The position numbers were made by a program, and so were the translations under genes. From Candidatus Latescibacterota bacterium (GTDB lineage: Bacteria; Latescibacterota; UBA2968; UBA8231), in NCBI GenBank assembly GCA_965243025.1, contig CBDETY010000003.1, positions 4,288,001-4,352,000 of the forward strand: a stretch of DNA of 64,000 bases, in the 5' to 3' direction. Each line of letters starts with the position of its first letter. Position 1 is the first letter of the stretch. The notes under the pieces were generated by a model. The model saw nothing but the letters and a program-made list of their open reading frames with translations. It searched no databases and had not been told where the DNA came from. Positions 1 through 9,682 of the stretch are shown here, one piece after another.

Positions 1-1
1 C

Positions 2-208
2 GCGCACGCCGAGGCGACGACCATTCTCGGCGAGGCCGAGGCCGAGGCCCTGGCCCTGTTGGGCAAGGCATACCGGAAGGATCCCGAGTTCTACAAGTTC
101 GTGCGCGCCCTCGACAGCTACGATCTGATCATCGACCGCAACACGACGCTCATGCTGCCCGCCGACAACGAGTTGTTCAAGTACCTCGACAGCAGAGCAC
201 GACCATAG
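2..208 (+). CDS. hflC: HflC-like SPFH protease modulator, C-terminal fragment (runs off window start)
   Basis: Frame 2 reads AHAEATTILGEAEAEALALLGKAYRKDPEFYKFVRALDSY...NELFKYL*, the typical HflC C-terminus (GEAEA..AY.KDPEFY.F.R.L); directly upstream of an HflK-like ORF. Confidence 0.85.
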   Translation, partial: AHAEATTILGEAEAEALALLGKAYRKDPEFYKFVRALDSYDLIIDRNTTLMLPADNELFKYLDSRARP

Positions 209-221
209 AAGAGCCCGCCAG

Positions 222-1631
222 ATGAGTGAACGACAGACGTTACCGCCAAGTACGCGCGCAATCTACGCCGTATTCGATTTCTACCAAGAACACAAGCGGG
301 GACTTCTGACAGCCGCGGCGATCGCCGTTGTCGGGGGGGTGCTGCTGAGCGGGTTGCATATCGTCAAGAAGGAGGAGCAGGGCGTGCTCACCCGCTTCGG
401 CAGGGTGGTGAACGCGAACGTCGGCCCCGGGGTGCATTACCACATTCCCGTCATCGAAAAGGTCTACATCCGCAAGGTCAAGCGGATCACCCGCCATCTG
501 GTATCCAGCAAGGAAGGGAACACGGTCAACTTCACGATTCTGTCGGGAGACGTGAACCTGCTCGAAGTCGATGTCGCCCTCCAGTACAAGATCGACAACC
601 TGAGGAGTTTCCTTTTCGTCGCCTCCGACCCCCTGACGATGGTTACCATGTACGCCAGGGAGGAGCTGATAAACATCCTGGGGCAGAACTTCATCGACCT
701 GATTCTCACCTCGAACCGGAACATCATTCAAAGCGACCTGTTGGACAGCATTACCGAGCGCCTCGAGGCACGCGACATCGGCATCGAACTGGTCTCCCTC
801 GACATCGTCGACGTGCGCCCGATCGAGGAAACCCGCGCTGCCTTCCGGGACGTAAGCGATGCCTACACCGAGCGGGTGAAGGCGGTCAGCGACGCCAACC
901 GCAAGAGGGAGCAGCTGATCGCACACAGCCGGGGGCAGGCGGAAGCGCTGGTGATAAACGCCAAGGCCAAGGCCAGGGAGCGGCTGATCCAGGCGCAAAG
1001 CAGCGCCGGGGTGTTCACCGCGCTGTTGGTCGAGTACAAGAGACACCCCGCGCACGTGAGCTTCACCCGCTACTGGGACCGGATGCGCCAGATCTTCTCG
1101 GAGGCCAGCCTGGCCGCGGTCAATCCGGGCAAGAACTCGACAATCGACATCAACATGATCGACGGCGGAGCGGGATTCACCCCTGCGGACATGGCGCTTG
1201 GAGCTCCTCCCTCGGCTGAAGAAGAGGCCGTCGACAGGCCCCTGCTGTCGTCGGCGCTGCTCCAGAACGTGCATTCTATCGAGAGCGTCGATGCCGACAA
1301 ACTCCTGAGGGACGGCCAATTCCACAGAACGGGGGCCGAACGGGATCACATGGGCATCGCCAACCCCCGATCCCTCATTTTCGACACCCCGTCGATATTC
1401 TCCCATCGCCACGTCGCGCGCATCGGCAAGCCCATCGGGCAGCAGGAGGACGCGAAGCCGATGATCGAGAAGCTCGCTACCGGGGGCAAAGCAGACGGCA
1501 AGTCGGAAAAGAAAGAACAGGCCGCCGGCAAGCCCGGGAAGAAGGGAAAGCCTGGCGGCAAGCCCGAGAAGAAGGGAAAGCCTGGTGGCAAGTCCGAAAA
1601 GAAAGAACAGGCCGGCAGCGGGAATCCCTGA
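222..1631 (+). CDS. hflK: HflK-like SPFH/band-7 protein with long C-terminal extension
   Basis: N-terminal TM, EQGVLTRFG..PG.HYHIP, ILSGD.NLLEVD..QYKI, AF.DV..A motifs; extra ~150 aa tail ending in Lys/Gly repeats. Confidence 0.8.
   Translation: MSERQTLPPSTRAIYAVFDFYQEHKRGLLTAAAIAVVGGVLLSGLHIVKKEEQGVLTRFGRVVNANVGPGVHYHIPVIEKVYIRKVKRITRHLVSSKEGNTVNFTILSGDVNLLEVDVALQYKIDNLRSFLFVASDPLTMVTMYAREELINILGQNFIDLILTSNRNIIQSDLLDSITERLEARDIGIELVSLDIVDVRPIEETRAAFRDVSDAYTERVKAVSDANRKREQLIAHSRGQAEALVINAKAKARERLIQAQSSAGVFTALLVEYKRHPAHVSFTRYWDRMRQIFSEASLAAVNPGKNSTIDINMIDGGAGFTPADMALGAPPSAEEEAVDRPLLSSALLQNVHSIESVDADKLLRDGQFHRTGAERDHMGIANPRSLIFDTPSIFSHRHVARIGKPIGQQEDAKPMIEKLATGGKADGKSEKKEQAAGKPGKKGKPGGKPEKKGKPGGKSEKKEQAGSGNP
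1497..1616 (+). repeat. Intragenic 30-bp tandem repeat x4 (GKSEKKEQAA/GKPGKKGKPG/GKPEKKGKPG/GKSEKKEQAG)
   Basis: Four 30-nt units each starting ggcaag, in A-B-B-A order. Confidence 0.85.
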
Positions 1632-1663
1632 GACTGCTGGACAGGAGATGGAGCACCGCTGAT

Positions 1664-2824
1664 ATGCTTTTGGTATCCTGCCTCATCCTGCTGTCGACGG
1701 CGGTCTCCACGGCCGGAGAAACTGTCCTGTTCGGGCAGAGCGCCTGTTTCTCAGGCCCGAACCAACGCCTGGGGTTCAACTACCGGGCAGGTATCGACGC
1801 GGCTTTTCACGAGCGCAACGATCGCGGGGGAGTCAACGGCAGGTCTCTGGAACTGGCATCCCTCGACGACGCCTACGAGCCTGACCTGGCAGCCGCCAAC
1901 GCGGAACGGTTCGCCGCCGAGAACGAGGTGCTGGCCGTAATCGGCGGCGTGGGAACCCCGACGGCCAAACGCATCGCCCCGATCCTGAGGACGGCGGAGA
2001 TCCCCTTCGTGGGTCCCTTCACGGGTGCGGATTTCCTGCGCAACGCCGAGCGCTTTCCCAATGTCGTCAACCTGAGGGCGGGTTACTTCGACGAGACCCG
2101 GATGCTCGTCGACCACATCCTCAAGGAGCGCGGCAAGAACCGCTTCGGGATCATATACCAGGACGACGCCTTCGGCCGGTCGGTCCTGAAGAACTTCAAG
2201 GCCGTCCTCGACGAGCACTTCATTCCCATCCTGGGGAAAACCGCTTTCTCGCGGAACACCCACGCCGTCCAGGCGACTCTCTTCGCCCTGGCCAAGGCCG
2301 ACCTCGACGCCATTCTCCTCGTCGGGGCCTATCCCTCCAACGCAGAAATAATCAACCTGTCGCAGTCCCTGGGGCACGAATACATAATGGCGAATCTTTC
2401 CTTCGTCCTTTCCTACGAGCTGAAAAAGAACATCGACGCCCCGAACGACAGGATCCTGGTCACCGAGGTGATGCCCGCGGCCGACGACACGAGCATGCAG
2501 GTTGTCCGGAGCTTCCGCCGGGCTATGGCAGCAGGTGAAAATGCGCAGTCAGAGGTGGTGAACTACTCGATCAACGAGGTGTCCCTTGAAGGATATATCC
2601 TCGGCCGCTTCGTCATCGCCGTGCTCGAGCGCATGGGGGACGAATTGACCAGGGAAAACTTCATGAAGCAGGCATTGTCGTCCGGACCGGTGGCGATCGA
2701 CGATTGGACTCTTGAATTCGGACCCGGCACGAATTCGGGTTCGAGCTACCTCAGGCTGATCGATCTGGGCGGCCATGATTCCGCTTCACTAGGGGGAGAA
2801 ACTGCAATTGAAAAAGGTGGATGA
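1664..2824 (+). CDS. Periplasmic binding protein type 1 (branched-chain amino acid ABC substrate-binding-like)
   Basis: Signal peptide; GQSA.FSGP, GGVNGR.LEL..LDDAYEP, GVGTPT, NLRAGY, IIYQDDAFG motifs. Confidence 0.85.
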   Translation: MLLVSCLILLSTAVSTAGETVLFGQSACFSGPNQRLGFNYRAGIDAAFHERNDRGGVNGRSLELASLDDAYEPDLAAANAERFAAENEVLAVIGGVGTPTAKRIAPILRTAEIPFVGPFTGADFLRNAERFPNVVNLRAGYFDETRMLVDHILKERGKNRFGIIYQDDAFGRSVLKNFKAVLDEHFIPILGKTAFSRNTHAVQATLFALAKADLDAILLVGAYPSNAEIINLSQSLGHEYIMANLSFVLSYELKKNIDAPNDRILVTEVMPAADDTSMQVVRSFRRAMAAGENAQSEVVNYSINEVSLEGYILGRFVIAVLERMGDELTRENFMKQALSSGPVAIDDWTLEFGPGTNSGSSYLRLIDLGGHDSASLGGETAIEKGG

Positions 2825-3296
2825 ATTTTCCGTCGAAGAGGTCGGAGAAGAATGGCTGCGCGAGCTCTACAAGGTCGTCGCCATGCGGCGCGGTACCATG
2901 TTCAGGCTGATAACCGAGGCGGCCCGCCTGCTGCTGCTCGGCAACGCCGGCGGGGCTGCGCTGATCATCGGATTCATGAGCGCCTCCACGGGAAACGAAG
3001 ATGCCTCCTACCACTGGCTCGCCCTGGGGACGCTGCTCGTCTTTGCGATCGGAACCCTGGCGTCGGCCCTGACGATGATCCTGGTGGCCCTGGTTTCGGT
3101 GAAGGAAGCCCACAGCGCCGAGGAGGCCCTGAAAGAGTTCGTTGAGGGAGGGATCGACCGCAGCCAGGTGATGTTCACGGTCGGAGAGCAGACCTTCCGT
3201 ATCGCCGACTTCTCAATGGTGACGGGCCTCGTCAGCACCGTGGGGTTCATGCTGGGAGGCCTGAGCAGTATCCTCCTGCTGACCCTGTTCTTCTGA
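2808..3296 (+). CDS. Hypothetical membrane protein (about 3 TM)
   Basis: Overlaps upstream stop, GGGGGAG RBS, three hydrophobic segments incl. LLLGNAGGAALI. Confidence 0.6.
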   Translation: MKKVDEFSVEEVGEEWLRELYKVVAMRRGTMFRLITEAARLLLLGNAGGAALIIGFMSASTGNEDASYHWLALGTLLVFAIGTLASALTMILVALVSVKEAHSAEEALKEFVEGGIDRSQVMFTVGEQTFRIADFSMVTGLVSTVGFMLGGLSSILLLTLFF

Positions 3297-3397
3297 CCGG
3301 AGCCGCTTCCCGGCGTCTCTTCGAGGTTTCACGGTGCCCTGCCGCCGTCCGGGCGCCGCCGCCGTGATCCACTGATCCCTGGATTCGAGGCACGTTC

Positions 3398-4258
3398 ATG
3401 GTAGATGCAGATACCCTGCTGGTCCTGGCGGGGTACTCAGCCGTCATTTTCGCCGCTTCCTTTGTAGGCGGGAGGCTGGCTTTCCTCGGTACCATGACCC
3501 ACACGAAGACTCAGGTCCTGATGAGTCTCGTTGCCGGCTTCATCCTCGGCATCGCCATGTACCATCTGTTCCCCCACAGCCTCGAGCGCATTTCCGGACC
3601 CGGACCCGAGGTTGTCGAAAAAGCCGTGGCGTGGGTGGTGTTCGGGATGATCCTGATGATCTTCCTGCTGCGCATCTTCCACTTTCATCAGCACGACTTC
3701 AGCAGTGAAGCGAGCGATCTGTACGAACATCACGAACACGGCGACTCCGCAATACACTCGCAGAGTCTGATCGGGGTCGCCCTCGGCCTCGGGGTGCACA
3801 CCGTGACCGAAGGGGTTGCGCTGGGAACCAGCATGCAGGTCAGCTCGCCGCATGAAGAGGAAGGGGTGCTGCCTGCCCTGGGTGTATTCCTCGCCATTGT
3901 GCTGCACAAGCCGCTCGACGCGTACTCCATAATCGGCATGATGAAATCCGCGGGTCACGGCGCGCGCGCGCGAACCGCGGCCAATCTCGGGTTCGCCCTG
4001 CTCTGCCCCCTGGTGGGCCTGGCGAGCTTCCTGGGCGTGGGGTTTCTCGGTTCCTATGCCGGAGCATTCGTCGGCTATGCACTGGCATTCGCGACCGGTG
4101 CCTTCCTCTGCATTGCCCTGAGCGACCTGCTTCCGGAGATCCAATTCCACAGCCACGACCGCGGCAAGCTCATCCTCGCTCTCCTCCTGGGAATCGGCCT
4201 CGCCTACGCACTGTTCTTCATAGAATCCAGTGCCGTCCACGGAGAAGAAGGACACTGA
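3398..4258 (+). CDS. ZIP family divalent metal (Zn/Fe) transporter
   Basis: AGFILG..MYHLFPHS, His-rich loop HFHQHD..EHHEHG, HTVTEG, HKPLD, GAFL.IALSDLLPE motifs. Confidence 0.9.
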   Translation: MVDADTLLVLAGYSAVIFAASFVGGRLAFLGTMTHTKTQVLMSLVAGFILGIAMYHLFPHSLERISGPGPEVVEKAVAWVVFGMILMIFLLRIFHFHQHDFSSEASDLYEHHEHGDSAIHSQSLIGVALGLGVHTVTEGVALGTSMQVSSPHEEEGVLPALGVFLAIVLHKPLDAYSIIGMMKSAGHGARARTAANLGFALLCPLVGLASFLGVGFLGSYAGAFVGYALAFATGAFLCIALSDLLPEIQFHSHDRGKLILALLLGIGLAYALFFIESSAVHGEEGH

Positions 4259-4357
4259 CCCCTGGTTCCTGCGGGCGCATTTCCGCGGGAATTCGGCCGC
4301 CGCTGCGTCTTGAGGGAATCGCGTTCAAGCCAAGTCCTTCATCTGTGCGGTTCCCTC

Positions 4358-4447
4358 GATCCCGGTCCTCCGCGTTTCCTTCGCTCGCCCGTACATCTTC
4401 GGTACAACTCGCTTTGCGCCTTGCGAGCCGGGGCGTCCCGGCACCCT
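4358..4447. repeat. Degenerate copy of the ERIC-like MITE family (see 35021-35430)
   Basis: gatcccgg..cgtttccttcgctcgcccgtacatcttcggtacaactcgct..gcgccttgcgagccggg aligns with the core of the 35 kb copies; terminal IRs lost. Confidence 0.7.
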
Positions 4448-4656
4448 CGTTTGTACCCTGACTTTACGCGCGCCGACTGCTAGCACCCGCACAGACAGCT
4501 AGCACCGCCTCGTCCGCCTGGGCGCGGTCCCCCCAAAGCTCATCAGCTCAGTCCAGGAGGCAGCTTTTTCCCGGCAGGATCTTCAACTGCGCGGAAAAAA
4601 GTTCCACCCCTCCGGGCGCTTCCACGGCTCTTCAAACCTCCTCGATCAGTCCATCA

Positions 4657-4737
4657 ATTCCCTGTAAAAACAGGGAGTTACAAGAATTCCCCCCGCAGGA
4701 GTCCTCCAGGCAAACGCGGCCAGGCACGGCAATTGCA
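4657..4737 (+). promoter_or_regulatory. Putative sigma54 promoter (-24/-12) with upstream AT-rich palindrome (IHF-like site)
   Basis: AGGCACGGCAATTGCA at 4722-4737 (GG-N10-GC, close to TGGCACG-N4-TTGC); CCCTGT-AAAA-ACAGGG palindrome about 50 bp upstream. Confidence 0.55.
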
Positions 4738-4961
4738 AGACCGGGCCGGGGCCATCGCTGCCACCGGTGAAACCATCCGCCGGTCGAACGCGGGACCCCC
4801 AACGTGAACATGGAAGCGAATCCTCAAGCCTGTGCGAATGCCTGCCCGTGCCGCCCCCCGGGGACCCGTGAAACGCGGACCCCCGGACTGCCGGCTCGCA
4901 CCTCGCCCGAAGGCGTCGAACCCGCCGGGTCCGGCAAGGGAAGGCAGCGCCGCAACACAGG

Positions 4962-5153
4962 ATGAGCCGGTGCCGAAAAGCAGAGGGAATCCCCGGGACG
5001 CGACCCCGGATCTGGCGCCGGCTCGAGGAGCTCGATCGCGAGATTCGCGATTGCCTCGAGGATATTCGCCAAACCCTTCGCGAGCTCGAGGAGTCGGGAA
5101 AGGAAACCCCCGGCAATCCGTTGCAGCCCTCGAGCCGTGAAGCCGGGAGATAA
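4962..5153 (+). CDS. Putative small coiled-coil protein (63 aa)
   Basis: IWRRLEELDREIRDCLEDIRQTLRELEE heptad pattern; ends 4 nt before the slt ATG. Confidence 0.35.
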   Translation: MSRCRKAEGIPGTRPRIWRRLEELDREIRDCLEDIRQTLRELEESGKETPGNPLQPSSREAGR

Positions 5154-5157
5154 CGAT

Positions 5158-7368
5158 ATGTCGAGGGCACGACCGACCAACCGGGAGAAACGGCACGGAC
5201 GCCGAGCCCTGATCGCCATCGCCATCGCCGGCGTTGCATCGGCGGCAACGGTGGCGTTGTTGCTGTTCTTCCCCCGAGAGGTGCTGAACCAGAAGGAGGG
5301 AGAGCCCCAGGATCTGGCCGCTGTTTCCGCCAAGGTGCGCGATTTCATCGCCGCCGGCGACTTCGACGCAGCCTACCAGTTGCTGCAGGAGATCGACACG
5401 AAGTCGCTCGCCGACGGGGAGCCCTCCTTGCTCGCCTACCAGCGCGCCGTGTGCGAGCGGCGCCTCGGGGAACCTCGCAAGGCCCACGACCGCCTGAAGC
5501 TGCTGGTCGATGGAATTCCCGAGCTCGATTCGTACCGCCGCCTCTGGATGGCGCGAGCCATGGAGGAGATGGGAGAGCTGCAATGCGCGCGGCTCGGCTA
5601 CCTGGATCTTCTGTCGACTTTCGAGGGGGTTGTGGCGGATTCCGCGCGGCTCTACCTGGCGGCGATGCTCACGGAAGCAGGCGAGTTCGACGAGGCGGTC
5701 AGGCTGTACGGCCAGCAACTGCTGCGGGCGCCCCCGCCCGAGGCCGCCGAACTGCTCTACGACATGGCGGCCATCCAGCAGCGTGCGGGCAACGAACGGG
5801 GCGCCGGCGAAACCCGGGTGCGCCTGATGACCGAGCACCCCGGCCACCGCAAGGCGCTGGACATTGCCCTCGCCCTGCGCCCGGGCACATCCGAAGAATC
5901 ATTCGCCCGCGCTTTCGTTCTCTACCGGCACGGCCGGGGCGCCGATGCCTTCGACGAGTTCATCGCGAAACATCCGGAACACGACCGCGTCGACGAGGCC
6001 CAGTACCTGCTCGGCCGTTCCTATCTGCGCAACGGCGAGCTCGACCTCGCCAGCATGACCTTCGAGGAGCTGTACAGGAAACACCTGCGCCCCGATGCCC
6101 TGTACCACATGGGCAGAATCCAGGTGCGCCGCAACCGCGACGAGGACGCCATCGCCACCTACGAGCGGCTCGCCTCCGAACACCCCAACCACAGCCTCGC
6201 CGACGATGCTCTTTGGCAGGCCGCCAAGGCGGCCGAGCGCGGCAGCGACTTCATGCGGGCCCGCAGTCTGTTCTCCCGCCTGGCGGACCGCTATCCCAAC
6301 AGCCCGAAGAGCGACGAGTCGAGGTGGAGCGCCGCTTTCATGCTGTACTGCGCCGAGCGCTACCGGGAGTCGCTGCAATCATTCCAGGCCGCAGGGGCCG
6401 AGGCATCCGAACCTCACATCATCGACCAGAGCTTCTTCTGGGCCGGAAAGAGCGCCGAAAACCTCGGGCTCAAGCAGAAGGCGGGGGCGATGTTTCAGCG
6501 CGCCGCCGCCAAATTCCCACGCTCATACTACTCGGCACGCGCCGTCAGCATGGGGTACGAGGGAGACCGGAAGCAGCTGCCGAAGCGCAAGCAGCGCGAT
6601 CGGCGCTCCGCCCTGAACGCGGTGGCCGCCAGGGCAGTCGAGGAAGCGTACGGAGTGGCGTTCGAAGAGCTGGAGACCCTGCAGCGGGCGCACCTGCTCG
6701 ACCGGATCGGACTGGTGGCGCTCGCCGAGAAGGAGCTCTCCGAGGCGGAGCGGGAAAACCTCAACGACGCCGAGGCTCTCAAGTTGATCCGCGACTGTTT
6801 CGAGGACCTCGGCAGCCTCGACCGCGCCCTGCTTGTGTCCACGAAGATCTTCGCCGGGTCCGGAGAGAAGGAGATCCCCTACCTCTACCCGAGCTACTAC
6901 TGGGAACAGGTGAAAACGGCTGCCCGGGAAGCCGGGCTGGATCCGTTCCTCGTGCTGGCGGTCATCAGGCAGGAGAGCTACTTCGACGACAACGCGGTTT
7001 CGCGCGCCGGAGCCGTCGGCCTGATGCAGATCATGCCGAAAACCGGCCGCACCCTTGCCCGCTCCGCGGGAGTGGGGCGGTTCGAGAAACGCATGCTGTA
7101 CGACCCGGCGGTTTCGATTCGAATGGGCTCCCAGTACCTCGGGGAACAGATGCGCACCTTTGCGTCCGGGCGGACCAGGGAAGTAGGTTTCGAGCTCGGG
7201 CTGGCCGCCTACAACGCCGGGCCCAGCGCCGCCCACAAGTGGGTGCGCCGCTTTCCGCTGGACGACCCCGACGCCTTCGTCGAGCGCATCCCGTACAAGG
7301 AGACGCGGCTGTACGTGAAGAAGGTGCTCAAGAGCTACAACATCTACAAAGCCCTTTCGAGCGCGTAA
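5158..7368 (+). CDS. slt: TPR-containing soluble lytic transglycosylase (Slt70-like), membrane anchored
   Basis: N-terminal TM, many TPRs, C-terminal IRQES, GAVGLMQ, AAYNAG, ETRLYV motifs. Confidence 0.9.
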   Translation: MSRARPTNREKRHGRRALIAIAIAGVASAATVALLLFFPREVLNQKEGEPQDLAAVSAKVRDFIAAGDFDAAYQLLQEIDTKSLADGEPSLLAYQRAVCERRLGEPRKAHDRLKLLVDGIPELDSYRRLWMARAMEEMGELQCARLGYLDLLSTFEGVVADSARLYLAAMLTEAGEFDEAVRLYGQQLLRAPPPEAAELLYDMAAIQQRAGNERGAGETRVRLMTEHPGHRKALDIALALRPGTSEESFARAFVLYRHGRGADAFDEFIAKHPEHDRVDEAQYLLGRSYLRNGELDLASMTFEELYRKHLRPDALYHMGRIQVRRNRDEDAIATYERLASEHPNHSLADDALWQAAKAAERGSDFMRARSLFSRLADRYPNSPKSDESRWSAAFMLYCAERYRESLQSFQAAGAEASEPHIIDQSFFWAGKSAENLGLKQKAGAMFQRAAAKFPRSYYSARAVSMGYEGDRKQLPKRKQRDRRSALNAVAARAVEEAYGVAFEELETLQRAHLLDRIGLVALAEKELSEAERENLNDAEALKLIRDCFEDLGSLDRALLVSTKIFAGSGEKEIPYLYPSYYWEQVKTAAREAGLDPFLVLAVIRQESYFDDNAVSRAGAVGLMQIMPKTGRTLARSAGVGRFEKRMLYDPAVSIRMGSQYLGEQMRTFASGRTREVGFELGLAAYNAGPSAAHKWVRRFPLDDPDAFVERIPYKETRLYVKKVLKSYNIYKALSSA

Positions 7369-7374
7369 ACCGGC

Positions 7375-7617
7375 ATGGATTCACCTCCCCGGGAAGACGA
7401 GCGCGCGCGCCGGTCGAGAAGGACCCGCCTGCTCGAGGACCTGTTCATCCTCCTCTGCATCCTCACCCTGTGGCCGGTGGTTCTGGGGTGGCAGGGCGCG
7501 ATCTACCAGTACGTCCTCTACGCCGCTCTCGCCGGACTGGTGTTCATCTTCGTGCGCCGGATCAACCGCTTTCGCGCCGCCGAGCGGGAGCTTGACCAGG
7601 ACGATTCGGCGAAGTAG
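7375..7617 (+). CDS. Small 2-TM membrane protein
   Basis: Two hydrophobic helices, host-like codon usage, follows slt by 6 nt. Confidence 0.65.
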   Translation: MDSPPREDERARRSRRTRLLEDLFILLCILTLWPVVLGWQGAIYQYVLYAALAGLVFIFVRRINRFRAAERELDQDDSAK

Positions 7618-7620
7618 CGG

Positions 7621-8538
7621 TCACCCCCGCGGCCTCCGACCAATCGCCTCTACGGCCGCCACGAGAAGGGCTCCCGCAGCAATCAGCGCCAGCGCCGCCG
7701 CGGTCTCGGCGCCGAGCTCCGACGGCAGCACGCAGGTGTAACGCTCTCCCTCCCCCCCGGTGCCGGCAGCCGGTTCGCGGAACGGCCAGACCCGGCGGAG
7801 CGACCCGGCCATCAGTCCCACCAGGAAGGCCATGGTCGGCCCGTGCACGCGGGCGAGGAGGCGTTTGAGAATCTTTGCGAACAGCAGAATGCCGAAGGCG
7901 AAGCCGGCCCCGAAGAGGACGAGGATCTCGAGGTCGAAGTCGGCGACCGCCTGAAAGACCTGCCGGTACTTGCCGAGCAGAAGAAGGATGAAGCTGCCGC
8001 TGATGCCGGGGAGGATCATCGCCACGCTCGCCACGGCCCCGGACAGCAGAAACTCGACGGGCCCCTCTCCCGTCTGCACCGGAACGGCGATGCTGATGCC
8101 GTAGCCCGCCCCCACCCCGACCACCGCAGCGACCAGCAGTCCGAAGCGCCAGCTGCCGGCGCGCCGGCCGACCACGAGGGCGCTGGCGGCGATCAGCCCG
8201 GTGAGAAACCCCCAGACCGGCACCGGGTGGTTGGAAAGCAGGTAGGTGATGAGCCGCGCCAGACTGAGGATGGCAACGGCGATGCCGGCGACCAGAGGCA
8301 GCAGGAAGCCGCCGTTGATCAGCCTCCAGGCCTCCCCGAAGCGGCAGCGGAACAGACTGCCGAGGAAGCGCCCGTCGACCGCCGCCAGGGAGGCGACGAG
8401 ATCGTCGTAAACGCCGGTTATCAGGGCGACCGTCCCTCCTGAAACACCGGGAATGACGTCGGCGACGCCCATGCAGATCCCCCGCAGCACGAGGCCGGGC
8501 GCCCGGCGTACCCCCTGCCCCGGCGAATGCTCAGCCAC
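7621..8538 (-). CDS. DUF368 family membrane protein (undecaprenyl-phosphate translocase family)
   Basis: Two PG(V/I)SG repeats: MGVADVIPGVSGGTVA and AMILPGISGSFILL. Confidence 0.9.
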   Translation of the reverse strand: MAEHSPGQGVRRAPGLVLRGICMGVADVIPGVSGGTVALITGVYDDLVASLAAVDGRFLGSLFRCRFGEAWRLINGGFLLPLVAGIAVAILSLARLITYLLSNHPVPVWGFLTGLIAASALVVGRRAGSWRFGLLVAAVVGVGAGYGISIAVPVQTGEGPVEFLLSGAVASVAMILPGISGSFILLLLGKYRQVFQAVADFDLEILVLFGAGFAFGILLFAKILKRLLARVHGPTMAFLVGLMAGSLRRVWPFREPAAGTGGEGERYTCVLPSELGAETAAALALIAAGALLVAAVEAIGRRPRG

Positions 8539-9682
8539 CGCGGATCCTCTCCTCCGTCAGCGACGGAAACAGGCGCCCCTGCTCCGGACTGCCCGCCAGC
8601 CGTTCGAGCACGCGGCGGTCCGCACGCGGCATCGCGTAGTCGCCCAGCTGCTCCGGACCGACCCACCTCCAGTCGTCGCAGCCGACGGCGCGCGGCTCCC
8701 CCCCTGCCCAGCGCGCCTCGAAGGCATGCAGGGTGATGGTGAAGTGGCTGTACCCGTGGTCGACGCTGACCAGGTGATCCCCCACCTCGATGTCGAAATC
8801 GAGCTCCTCCCTTATCTCGCGCCGCAGACAGTCGGCGCAGGATTCCCCCTTCTCTCTCTTGCCCCCGGGAAACTCCCAGAGGCCGCCGAGCATGCCGCCG
8901 GCCGGGCGCCGCGCAATCAGCACGCGCCCTTCCTTCCATATCAGGCCGGCGGTCACCTCGTAGTGAGGGCGTTTCTTTCTGCGCCCCTTCACCGGCAGAC
9001 AGGCCGGGTCGTCGAGCTCCCTGCGGGCGGCGCAGAACTCCTCGACGGGACAGTCGCCGCAACGGGGCCGCGACGGCGTGCAGACGCGGGCGCCGAGCTC
9101 CATCAGCGCCTGGTTGAAATCCCCGGCCCTGCCGCGGGCCAGCAGGCGCTCCCCCGCGGCGATCAGCCGCGTCTTCACCGCTGCCCTGGCGGGATCTTCC
9201 TCGACGAGAAGCAGCCGGCAGAGGACGCGGGTGACGTTGCCGTCGAGCACCGGGTGGTCGCCGTCGAAGGCGATGCTGCTGACCGCGGCGGCGGTGTAGG
9301 GGCCGATCCCAGGCAACTCGCCGAGCTGGTCGGGAGTCCGGGGCAGCTGCCCGTCGAGCTCGGCCACCACCTTTTTCGCCGCGGCCCGAAGGTTGCGGGC
9401 GCGGGCGTAATAGCCGAGGCCCTCCCAGGCCTTGAGCACCGCCTCCTCGGGAGCCCCGGCCAGGGCCTCGAGCGTCGGAAACGCCGCGACGAAACGCTCG
9501 AAGTACCCCCGCATCTGCTCGACCCGGGTCTGCTGCAGCATGATCTCCGAAACCCAGACCTGGTAGGGATCGCCGACGTCGCGCCAGGGCAGCTGGCGTT
9601 TGTTGAGGCCGTACCACGCCAGCAGCCGCTCCCGCAGGCGTTCGATCCGGGCGGCGTCGGCCAGCAGCTCAGATCCGGCCAT
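8531..9682 (-). CDS. mutY: A/G-specific adenine glycosylase with C-terminal Nudix domain
   Basis: WVSEIMLQQT, WEGLGYYARARNL, LPGIGPYTA, LDGNV.RV, 4-Cys FeS motif; start taken at MAGSELL. Confidence 0.95.
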   Translation of the reverse strand: MAGSELLADAARIERLRERLLAWYGLNKRQLPWRDVGDPYQVWVSEIMLQQTRVEQMRGYFERFVAAFPTLEALAGAPEEAVLKAWEGLGYYARARNLRAAAKKVVAELDGQLPRTPDQLGELPGIGPYTAAAVSSIAFDGDHPVLDGNVTRVLCRLLLVEEDPARAAVKTRLIAAGERLLARGRAGDFNQALMELGARVCTPSRPRCGDCPVEEFCAARRELDDPACLPVKGRRKKRPHYEVTAGLIWKEGRVLIARRPAGGMLGGLWEFPGGKREKGESCADCLRREIREELDFDIEVGDHLVSVDHGYSHFTITLHAFEARWAGGEPRAVGCDDWRWVGPEQLGDYAMPRADRRVLERLAGSPEQGRLFPSLTEERIRGG

